64,000 nucleotides of DNA from assembly GCA_002104905.1 (NCBI GenBank), contig MCFE01000047.1:62001-126000 (forward strand), written 5' to 3'. The translations under genes and the position numbers were made by a program. Shown one piece after another: positions 51,111 through 62,525 of this stretch. Each line of letters begins with the position of its first letter. Position 1 is the first letter of the stretch. Below the pieces are notes generated by a model. It saw only the letters and a program-made list of their open reading frames with translations, did no database searches and was not told the DNA's origin. The stretch is from Basidiobolus meristosporus CBS 931.73. Lineage: Eukaryota; Fungi; Basidiobolomycota.

Positions 51111-52126
51111 ATGCCCATGGCTCTCTGAATCTAGCTCCTGTGGCTTGCAGCATGTCACAAAAATGTATGGCACTATCTTGGTCCAATGGTATTCTTGGGC
51201 AATATAAGTGCTTTATATAGATCTTACCTTGGGGCAAATAATTAAATTTAGTGCCAGATAGTACCATTGGACCAAGATGGTGCCATGCATTTTTGTGGCA
51301 TGTTGCAAGCCACAGGAGCTAGATTCAGAGTGCCATGGGTATTGAGAACCTGATGCATCACTGCAGCTCTTCTGTGCTCTTACACATCCTGCACAACATT
51401 GATCCACAAAAAAATGTCAAAAATGGATTTTCTCCTGCATCATTGGTGAAGCACAAGGGCTGCTCTGCATGAAGATGTAGAGCTATGCTTCATACTCTGT
51501 GGCCAAGTATAGGCTTACTTGGCCTCCCTGGCACATTATGGCATCATTTGGCACTCATGGCTCAATGTTGCAATATCTAACAGAACAAGTCTAAAACATA
51601 TGAAAACTAATGTGATTGTTGAATTTTCCATGTGTTATACATGATTCATCTTGGATTGCATTGGCACAGATTGGAACACATCAATTGCTGATTTCTTATT
51701 TGATTATAGGCTTGTGTGTAAAGCATCAATAAAAATACCAAGTCATTGTTTGAGGATGATTTTTGCAACATAATGATGAGATACATGGCAGTTGATGGTG
51801 ATTTAATCATAATGCCTGGAAACCGGATAAATATAGCTGATTGCACCAAAACAATTCAAATCACCTCAGCCCAATCATCTACCAATTTTAATATGACTTA
51901 CTCATCTGAATGGTCTTTTCTCATTGATTGCATCACAACCACTTGATTTCCTTTTGACACACTAGAGGATATCTATACCAAGTACTGTAAGCCATCTACC
52001 CTAATCTAATCAAGGAGATCCATTGTTAAGCTACTCTGCTATTACAAGAACTGTGGCCCCACAAGGCTTCATGCCACCATCCATGGCTACAAAAGTCCTA
52101 GAAGCTTTTATTCCCAGCTGACAGCA

Positions 52127-52549
52127 ATGGGGAACCATCATGTAGAGGGTATGAATGACCAGGAGCAAGCTCGGAATACTAGGCTCAGAAGCTCCAATAG
52201 ACTTACATATCCCAGCGTGCTCAGCAACAGGTTCTATATCAGGAGTATTTTAGATACCTTCCCAGTCAGTATTAACAGACCTTCCAGAGGGCAGAGGCAA
52301 TTTTATTCTGGCAAGTACAAGGCGCACTATGTGAAGTTTCAAGCACTGTCTGACATTGAGGATAACATCATCTGGTTTAGTGGGCCATTTGCTGGAAGTA
52401 GGTGCAACAAAGCACTCAGGATAGAGAACTGTCCAGAACTCAGCAGACAGGAGAAATGTATGGCAGACTTTGCTTGTATAGGAGAGAATTGTCAGAGATT
52501 AGGATGTATCACAGCTTACAAGACTGTCATAAACTCACATAAGTATTGA
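52127..52549 (+). pseudogene. Second DDE_Tnp_4/ISL2EU-type transposase fragment (family T)
   Basis: LDTFPVSINRPSRGQRQFYSGKYKAHYVKFQALSDIEDNIIWFSGPFAGSR, homologous to 24420-24780. Confidence 0.85.
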
Positions 52550-53113
52550 CAAAAAATGTTAAGATGGCGTTATGTTGTTGAGTGTCAAACTCATTACCTT
52601 ATGGACAAGCCTACTTAGATTCAATGCTGTAAGAGAAGAGAAAAAAGTCCTTGTGGCTATTGTAGCAAGCCTCTCAGCCATGAGACATGAAGATAGCATA
52701 GGAAGTGTTACACAGATCATGGCTATATATTTGCCACAGTAGTCATATTTGACCATTCATCAGTCACTACTGTACCTACAATATCTTGCTAGACACTGGA
52801 TACTTCTATAACAGCACCTTGCCATACTTGTCACCTTGCACAAACTGAGTTAGATGAGCTTGTGACACCTTTGGGCTCACCCCTGCCTTCTGAATATGGC
52901 ATACAGAGTGATAGCTTGGAAGCAGGCTCAATAATGGATTTGGAGCCTATCTCTCCACACAATAGTACTCTGCATGAGCCTGGCAAAATCCCAATATGCA
53001 ATGAGATAACACCTGCTGAAAAAAAATGCCACAGATACTTTACAGAGTTAAGTAAGCACAGTAGTCCATTTCTGTTGAATGATGTGATGTTGTGACTAGA
53101 GAAGTGGCATGTT

Positions 53114-53800
53114 TTGGCTAATATTGTAATAGGGGCTTTGAGGATATACTTGTACATCTTGCCATCAGCATCCCAGGATGCAACTTACCATGTACATATT
53201 GTAAATGGAAACACTATTACACAGCTGGCAACATATGACCCAGGGACTATCCCAATACCAGCCTGTGTTAGCAGTTGTGTGACATTCACATCAGTAAATG
53301 CCACCATTACAAGGTGTCCAACTTGCCAGGAATCCACCACCTTTGGGGAAAACATTGCTCATACCGCAGATATATCTTTGCAATACCCCATTTAAAGAAG
53401 CTCATGCAGTCCAACAAATATTGTGAGGCTATAAATTACTGCACTTGGTATCAACTAAGCGCATACATATCCAATATATCTGATGGCAAACATTATAAGT
53501 TGCTAAGATGCAAGGGCTACCTTGAAGATATGTCTGACCATGCCGTTGTCTTGGCACTTAATGGATTCTCATTAAGCAAGTATCTACCAGCAGTTCCTGC
53601 TGGCCACTGATTCTCATCAACCTGAATCTGCCACCTATCTTACAGCATCAGAGAAGAGATCTGATGGTAGTCTCACTGGTATCTGGGCCCAAATCAGTAT
53701 CCAACCTGGATGGCTGCCTGTATCCATTGCTGGATGCATTTTGTGCACTTTCCAGCAGAATAACAGTAAATGTTCATCATGTTAAAGTGCCTATGATTAT
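53114..53800 (+). pseudogene. CACTA/EnSpm (Tnp2-family) transposase relic
   Basis: ACVSSCVTFT..CPTCQE, SNISDGKHYKLLRCKGY...LALNGFSL, PLILINLNLPP...GPKSVSNLDGCLYPLLD: the motif series typical of fungal Tnp2-like transposases. Confidence 0.7.
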
Positions 53801-53816
53801 CTGCATAGCAAGATAG

Positions 53817-56800
53817 TGTTGTAAGAGTCTTGGAGATATTGGAAGTGATTGGGAGGACAAGTAGATTATATGGTTTTCACTTAATGATTTATTGAATGTA
53901 AAGTAGTATTTATACTTTTACCTGGTCTTGGCATTGCAAACACGTAGAATAAGTTAAGAAAGGTCCCAAGAACATGTGTGCAAAGTTTGGGGCTGTTTGA
54001 ACAAGTTTGCGAATTTTCATGTTCTGGGTACCAGGTATCTTGGTGAAAATATTCTAAGTAAATCCTGACAAGAAATTTGGTCAGTATTCTCTAGGATTTG
54101 AGGGTAATGAACTAAGTGACTAAGTTAGGCAAATATTTAGGTGGAAATACAAATTTTACAACACTCCCACTCAGCTAAATGTTCATACTGACTAGTCCTA
54201 ATTTTGACCTAAGATATTCAAACTTATCTCTAGCTAATGGTTTGGTAAATATGTCTGCAATCATTTCATCTGTAGGACAGTAAACTAAGCTAACTAAGTT
54301 ATTCTCTATAGCTTCACGTATGAAATGATGTCTAATTTCTATGTGCTTGGTTCTAGCATGAAAAGTTGGATTTCTACCTAATTGTATACATCCTTGATTA
54401 TCTTGAAATAAAGTAATAGGTGTTTTTTGACATAGGCCTAAATCTGTAAGGAGCTTTCATAACCACATTGCTTCTTTTGTAGCTTCACAGGCTGCCATAT
54501 ACTCTGCCTCTGTGGTGGAAAGTGCTATGGTTGGTTGCTTTCTTGAATTCCATGAAATTGCTCCTTTACAGTAAAGAAAGGTGTATCCTGTGGTGGATCT
54601 TCTGTCTTCTAAATTTTGGCCCCAATCTGCATCAGAGTATCCCACAAGATCTTGTTCTGAGTCCTTATAAGTGTATCTTAAGCAAATATCAGAAGTTCCT
54701 TTTAGGTATCTAAAAATCCTCTTAACTGCTGCAATATGATCAGATCCATAGTTCTGATTATGTTGGCTGACAACTCCCACTGAATATGAGATATCTGGAC
54801 GTGTTCCAAGCATGATATTCATCAGACTGCCAGCCATAGATTGATTAGGAAAGTCAGGGCTTTCAGATGGCACCAAGTTCTCTTGATTTGGTTGAGTATT
54901 GACCAAGTTAAGGTTTGTCTCCATTGGGGTAGCTGCCGGTGTACAGTCTTCCATTTTGTACTTCTTTAGTATTTCTTGAATATACTTGGATTGGCTTAGG
55001 GTGATAGTCTGGGTACTTCTGTCTATGGAGAACTTAATCCCTAAGTAGTAACTAAGTTCTCCTATATCTGACATCTTGAACTCCTTAGATAGGCTGGATT
55101 TAGTTTCTTCCAATGTTTCTAGGTTATTGGTGGCTATAATAAGATCATCCTCATATAGAGCTAATAGAACTGGATTTGCTCTATCTGGCTTATAGTATAT
55201 ACTATAGTCAGCGTTACTTCTTTTGAAACTCAAAGATTCCAAATAAGAATCTATCTTGCAATTCCAGGCTCTTGGTAATTGCTTGAGACCATATAGTGAC
55301 TTTTTAAGCTTGCAGACCAAATGGGGGTTATCTTGGTCAACAAACCCATCAGGCTGGTCCATATACACATCCTCATCAAGTTCTCCATTCAAAAATGCAG
55401 TTTTTACATCCATTTGATGAATAAAAAACTTATATTTGGCTGCAATAGCCAATATTAATCTGATAGAATTAAACTTGGCTACCAGTGCAAAGGTCTCAGT
55501 ATAGTCAAGTCCTTTTGTTTGAGAGTATACCTCAGCCACAAGTCTTGCTTTTTATCTTTCAACTGTACCATCAGCCTTAGATTTTGTCTTAAAGACCCAT
55601 ATGCATCCAATTGATTATTGGTTGATTGGTAATAGACCAAGTCCCAAGTTTGATTTTCCATTAGGGCCTAATATTCCCCAATCACTGCAGATCTCCAGAA
55701 CCTTCTCTGAGGGCTATTTAGGGCCTCTTTTACAGTCAGGGATGCAGCAACATGGACTAAATAGGCATAGGCTAAGTTTGTACCCTTGGTGATATTGTAG
55801 TTTGGGCTATTTCATGTGTGGTTGGATCTCCAGGCATTTGATACCAGAATGATCACTTGTGGGATATTCCTGGGCACTGACTCAGGCTGAGCCACTGTTG
55901 CAGAGTCCTCTAGAGTGAAAAAAATTTTGTTGTTTTGCTCTAATTCAATCTGACAATTGGTGGACTTGAGATCATATTTTTGTCATCACCTGATGTCATT
56001 TTTTGTGAAAATTTTGAATTTTCATCAAGCAACACATCCCTGGGCTTGATTAGCTTTGTTGCTTTGGTATTGTAGAGTCTGTATGCTTTACTCTCATTAC
56101 AGTAGCCCAAAAATATGCATTTTCCACTTTTTGGCTCATATCTTGACTGATTTCTGGGCTATTTCTTGGCATATGCTGTACACCCAAATATTCTTAGATG
56201 TTCTGCACCTGGTCTGTATTCATACCATGCTTCAAATGGAGTAGAATCACAAAGTATTCTGTTACAACTTCTATCTTCAAGGTATACAGCTGTGGTAACT
56301 GATTCCACCCAAAAATCATAGGATAATTTTTGATCATGGATCATAGATCTTGCTTTATCAATTATTGATCTGTTTGCATATTCTGCTACCCCAGTTTGCA
56401 GTGGGGAGTATGGTACAGTAGTCTCTTGCTTTATCCCATGAATTTGGCACAAGTAGATCAAGAGTTCTGAGCTATATTCCCCACCATTGGCAGAGTGCAT
56501 TTACTTGATTTATTCACCTGTTACTCTCTCCACCTGAGCATTGAACTCCCTGAACTTAGACAGAGCTTCTTCCTTCCTCTACATGAAGTACACCCACATG
56601 TATCTTTAATAATCATCAATAAAAGCAACAAAGTACCTCATCCTGCCTAAGGACTGTTGTAAGAGTCTTGGAGATATTGGAAGTGATTTGGAGAACAAGT
56701 AGATTATGTGGTTTTAACTTAATGATTTATTGAATGTAAAAGTAGTATTTATACTTTTACATGGTCTTAGCATAACAAACACGTAGAATAAGCCAAGGAA

Positions 56801-58831
56801 GGTCCCAAGAACATGTGTGCAAAGTTTGGGGCTGTTTGGACAACTTTGAGAATTTTCATATTCTGGGTACCTGGTATTTTGGTGAAAATATTCTAAGTAA
56901 ATCCCAACAAGGATTTTGGTCAGTATTCTCTAGGATATGAAGGTAATGATCTAAGTGACTAAGTTGGGTGAATATTTAGGTGCAAATACAAATTTTTACA
57001 ACAAGGATAACTTTTGCATAGGTCCATACAGATCTGAGTGAATTAGATCTAATTTTTCTTAGTTTTGATTAACCCAGAGCTCTTGAACAGTTGTCTGGCT
57101 TGTTTCCATATATGCAGGCTTCACAGTGCTCCAAACTAGCTGGGGGAGCATTTTTACTTCAGAAATTAGCTGATCTTTGATCATTTTTGGCAAATAATCA
57201 AAATTGATGTGACCAAATCTCCTGTGCCAAAGTATTGGTGTTTCTTCATTTAAGTTATCTGTATTGGCATCCGGATATGATGGATATAAGTCAACTTGCA
57301 CAGATTCTGATCTCTGATACCCAAAGCCATATGGGCACCATTTTGATTAGTGATCCTGCATCCAAAATTGTCAAAGCAGACACTGAGACCTTCTGCTGTA
57401 GCCTTGCTTACAGATAGTAGGTTCTTGGCTATTTCTGGTACATAGAGTACTTCTTTAAAGGTCAGTGTATGGCTTCCCTCACTGCCTCTAAGGCTTACTT
57501 GGATAGTTCCTTCTCCCACTGCATTAATTGTTCTATTGTCACCCTTGAAAACCTTCTTAATTGGAGTTTATTGGTATTGAGTAAAATGTTCTTTTTGGTA
57601 TGTAAAGTGCTGAGTTGCTCCAGGGTCAATATACCACATCAGAGAGTCCTTGTTTATGGTCATATTTAATGCAGATATGAATAGTCTATCTTAAGCTGTT
57701 GCAGCATTTCCACATTCAGGCTTTTCTGCAGACTATCTCTCTTTTTGAGACATCAGTCTGATGTGTGTCCTTTCCTTTTGCAGTAGTTACAAAACAGACT
57801 GCTATTGCCTTTGAAAGGTATTTGGTATCTCCTTTGTTGGTTATCACTGCTTATTAAAGCATCTTCTTCTTCCTTCTTATTGGTGGTTGATTTTCTTAAT
57901 TCTTCATCCAGGAGCCTTCCATATACGTAATTTAAGGTCAAATCTTCAGTTCTGGACTCTAGGGCTAATACAAGGCCCTGAAGCTTGTTTGCCAGGCTGT
58001 TCAGGATGGTAACTATCACATCCTCATCAGTAGTTGGTACACCCACAGATTCCATCTCATCCACCAGCAGGGTAATTCTGTTAATTAGATTTTTCATTTC
58101 TTCTCCTGGCTGCATCTTTGTAGTGAAGAATATCTGTCTCAGATACATTTTCTTAGCAGCTGAACATGACTGGTAGGTGTCTTCTAATGCCTTCCAGGCA
58201 TTCTTTGCTGTTTTTGCTCTTGAGCATTGAATTAGCAGTTTGTCTTTGACATTATGGCAAGTGCAGTTAAAGGCACTTTGTTCTATCATCTGGTACATTA
58301 AGGCTTCCTCTCCCATGCTTTTGGGACGGCATTCTTCTCTCATGACAATATCCCAAAGGCCTCTTTCTTGTAGCAGCATCTTCATCTTCACCTTCCACGC
58401 TTGGTAGTTAGGTCCAACCAACTTTCCAGCAGAGGGGAAGAATTCCAGTATTAGCCGTAGTAGACATTGCAGAAAGTGACAGTTTGGGGCACATAATCTG
58501 TTGTAAGAGTCTTGGAGATATTGGAAGTGGTTTGGGAGGACATGTAAGTTTTGTGGTTTTCACTTTATGATTTATTGAATGTACAAGTAGTATTTATACT
58601 TTTACACAGTCTTGGCATAACAAGTACATAGAATAGGTCAAGGAAGGTCTTAAGAGCATGTATGCAAAGTTTGGGGCTGTTTGGACAACTTATCTAATTT
58701 TCATGTTCAGGGTAAATATTCTAAGTAAATCCCAACAAGGAATTTGGTCAGTATTCTTTAGGATTGGAAGGTAATGATCTAAGTGACTAAGTTGGGTGAA
58801 TATTTAGGTGGAATTATGAATTTTTGCAACA
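53817..58831 (-). mobile_element. Ty1/copia retrotransposon E4, full-length but defective
   Basis: LTRs 53817-54163 and 58499-58831, degenerate PBS, gag ATG 58467, RT ORF 54457-55539 (YEDD), RNase H, PPT. Confidence 0.95.
56655..57003 (-). mobile_element. Copia solo LTR inserted in the E4 integrase
   Basis: TGTTG...CAACA with TSD AGGAC/AGGAT; the integrase sequence resumes after it. Confidence 0.93.
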
Positions 58832-59383
58832 CATATGCTATTATTGAATTGATTATGTTATGGAAAGTTTAGGTGCAAATACAAGATCTACAGTGTTTTC
58901 TGTCTGTAAGACAAGATATGATTTCAATGAGACACTTGGATGTATGAAGATGTAATACTATTACTAGCCTGCAGTGAAAGAATATGTGAATAAGTTCCAA
59001 GTTCATTGGATAGGTGGTTTGGTAAGCTCAAGCTGGTTTCCATCATTGGGCAAACTTAAAATCATCAAGGTAGGAAGCTGAGCTATTTACTTCTGAGAGA
59101 GCCAAACAAATTGAACAACAATCTGAACTTTATAGTATAGGAGTGAGGAAAAAGTTACTTGAGTGAAACATTTTTGGTGTATTCACATACAGCATGGCTA
59201 CCTTATAGCAACACTAACCTGCTATTTCAAGATGTAGTCCATTGGAAACAGCCAGGCTATTACCCACCGAGCATTCTAACTCAAGTATTACTTGGAATCT
59301 TTGAAGTAACACGATTTATAGAATTTAATATGCACTCCCAATCAAATAAACCTCTAGCAAACTGCAACATAAAGCAATCGGAA

Positions 59384-61985
59384 TCAGAACTTTTCGGCCA
59401 CGGTGCTCCAATAGTCCAGAGTGTCCAACTTTGGCTGCAATGATAGGAAGATGGTTTCGTCATCCTCCACTATGTCGAAGGCATTGACCGACTGGCTGTA
59501 AGTACTCTGCTTAACCTGCCATAGATAGCTAAATCCCGCAGTGTCACTCAAATTCAAATCGCCTACAAGATGTTTGAATTTCGTGTTGGCAGAGATTCCG
59601 AAGTGACGAAGCAGCACTTTCCCGGACTCCTTCAGGACCACGTTAATGTGCTTCACTATTGACGAGGAAACGGATAAGAATCTGACGAACTCCATAGTAC
59701 GCCATGAAAGTACCTGATATATCCAAAACGCATGTAGGGATTTCCTCCGGAGTAGCCAACTGGCTGCCCTGATGACCCTTCTCTTGTACTGGTATTCTTA
59801 GTGCTCTGAACATCTGGACTTACCAAAAAGCCTTACCTAAGAAAAATTCAAAGCAAGCCTGCCACATAACCGACCCAGGATTTCTCATCAAATGCTCAAG
59901 CAGCACTACCTCTGGCTCTCCTATCACCTTTACTAGGCCTGGGCGGAAGAGAATGAACACCTAGCGTCATGAACAGGAAATCAGCCATTGGTTTAGAACC
60001 CTCAGGAGAGATGCACCTACACTGATATCCTCTGGAACATCAAACAGACAAGCTACTTTTCGTTTACGAACCAGACGGCCTTTTTGAAGATCGTATTTTC
60101 CCGGCTCCAATCTGGCGAACTCATCGTCTTCTGGAAAGTACGCCTTCAGATCTTTGCACAGTAGCCCGGTAGAGAAGATCACAAGGATCCCGCTCTGGCC
60201 GTCAAGGAGGCCACGAAATCTGGATATCTCCAGGTTCAAGAAATTGACGCCAATCTCATCCCGCATGGCTCTGAATGAGAAGCAAACAGTAACCCCTTGG
60301 GCGATTTGGACAAGATTGGTTGAAGTGGATGTCGCTTCCGAGAGACTCGCCCCATGTAATACAGTATCATGGAGAAAATAGAACATCGAGTCCCATCGTT
60401 TTTCGGCGCTGTTCTCCATATGGTACTTGATGACGGTTTTGAAGAAGACTTCGCTGGATGTGGCGTCCGATGCAGTCGACGTTTCGGAGAACAAGGCGCC
60501 CAGAAACGTCAGGTTCATTCCAAGATCGGCTGACTTCGCCATTCTAATGAATTGCTCCACACTCCAACGAGAGAAAGTGGGAAGCCAGGATATCTCATTC
60601 CCATTCTCCATGGGTGTGCGCTTGAGCCTTATCAATTCAAATTGCGCAATAGGTGAATCTTTGAAGGAACATTACCGATTGTAAGGGGATGTGGGCTTTA
60701 CTGGCTAGAAACCAAATGGGCACCTTGACTCCGTCCAGGTCGACCTCATCCCTATATGAGAACGGAACACCCAAAAGGAACATTGCTATCAGGTATCCGT
60801 AGATTTTGCACCACGCGGGATGGCAGCGAACCAACTCCAAAGGGATACGCTGACCTCGTATCAGTACTCCTTTCATACTTTCTAGGCACTAGCTCCGCTG
60901 TTAGAACATGGACCAGGTAAGCTCACAGGGTAAGATACCTCTTGCACATGAAATACGGGGCACGTAGTCTTCTTATAAAAGAGATATATCAGACTTGTGC
61001 GTACGATGCGAGGGATGCCGAGTGTAATCTCCTTCAGTTTCTGGGCGACGTCGTCGAGGTCTTTATCATCCCACAGGAACTCTTTTTGGATTGTATTGCC
61101 GTTGGCGAAACTTGTGATTTGCACTACAGACCTGGATTCAAATTAGCTCACTGCAGGTGTAAGACTGGGGTCCAACCATACTCACGCAATTTCCCTGACA
61201 CAAAGGGTGGGCAGCTGAATGAAAATCATTTGCCTCGAGAGGTCATCCCTCATGGCTCTCTCGAAGTTCGTCACCGAGAAGACTGCCGAACTCCCACTGC
61301 AGCACACGTAACATCGGGGATGCCATAACAGAGGCCATATTATCTGACAAAAAGCAGCATATCTCTACGAGAGGAAATCATCGTCATCAGGAGTGGGTTG
61401 GCTGAGGTACAACTAGAGTACCTTCAGTGTCTTCTCAAAGCTGTAATCTGTTGGGCTTGGGTCAGAGTCTTCCAGTGCTTCCAGACAATCCCAATGAATA
61501 AAGAACCTAGAGTCTGGATACGCATCAATAACACCAGAAAGCCCTATCCTTTGGAGATGCGAGTATTCTTCGGTCATATACTATTGTATACCGTAAGTAC
61601 TTTTGCATCATGAAACGCTTCGGTCCTAGATTACCAGTGGTAAATGAAATACTGATCTAATTTGCTGCTCCAACACCATCAACATAGCATTTTCCAATGT
61701 GGTTATCGTTGGTGAAGCTATAGTCACACTTCGACTGAAGGCTATATGAACATAGCATGCGTCGGCTAAATCTTCCATGTGGAACAGGTCATCTGTGCTG
61801 TACTGGCGGATCCCCTCAATTCAGTAACTTACTTTGTATCTGAGCAAGAGGAAAGCCCGGGTGGATGCTATTCGGAGACTGCAAGGCATCCTGGTTCTCT
61901 TTCACTTTCAAAAACGCCTGGAACCGTTGGAAAAAGGTGGTTTTTCCATAGCCCGAAGGTAGCCCACAGGCAACAAGGTACGGCT
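59384..61985 (-). CDS. Multi-exon P-loop NTPase protein with possible restriction-endonuclease-like C-terminal domain (Crinkler-type architecture, tentative); ends uncertain
   Basis: Walker-A-like YLVACGLPSGYGKTT at 61936-61980, Walker-B-like FFIHWD near 61490, then VCCSGSS and TLGIPRIV. GT-AG introns restore the frame (e.g. 61132-61185, GTGAGT...GCTAAT...CAG). Large exon 59967-60635. Confidence 0.6.
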
Positions 61986-62525
61986 AGATGATGGATTCAG
62001 TAATTCCGAATGCAAATTGGGCAAACATGATACCGACTACTCCACTCTGGCCCCGGCTATGGTTAGCTAAGAAGATACGAGCTACTTGCATGTGTTCGGT
62101 ATAGCGACCTACAAAAAAAAGCTCGGGAAACTGGAGGTGGATGTCAGTAAGGCCACTTTTCACCCCAAACGATGAAACACACTAAAGCTTCGCCAAGTTT
62201 TAGTTCGGTGTCCAAACGATCGTCCAGTAGGTAATCTACCAGGCATGAGATTAATGTCATATTTGAGAAGGCTTGTGACGGTATCTACGTTTACCCCAAG
62301 TAGCATTCTTCTCCATTGAATAAAGGGTGTGTACGTTCCGTATAGATTTGCAAGTTGGCTTATGGAAGAGACTCGACGTGGCTTAGATAAAGAAATTAAA
62401 CAATCAATCCCAATTTAAGCTCACCAATGATGTTCGAGGGAATCAAGTCTGATAGCTCAGTTGATCTGATACAGAATTGATGAACTCCATAACAAGAAAA
62501 GCTGAGTGCAGTCTTCAAATCTTAT

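Larger units (their letters stand above)
47533..51593. mobile_element. ~730-bp foldback MITE of family T (47533-47783 + 51111-51593) interrupted by a nested T element
   Basis: TA-GACTTGTTCC at the left end and GAACAAGTC-TA at the right. Arms of about 330 bp are reverse complements around a ~70-bp loop (51192-51261). The empty-site version is visible at ~50625-50660. Confidence 0.8.

Noticed and set aside
13275-58831. Classical Neurospora-type RIP as the cause of TE decay
   Set aside because: The diagnostic changes I could trace are at CpG rather than CpA, and near-identical adjacent repeats (E1/E2/E3) survive almost unmutated; a computed spectrum is needed to exclude it fully.
62440-62480. 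tRNA-like gatagctcagttg
   Set aside because: Resembles a D-arm start only; no T-arm (GTTCRA) or acceptor-stem pairing at the right distance.
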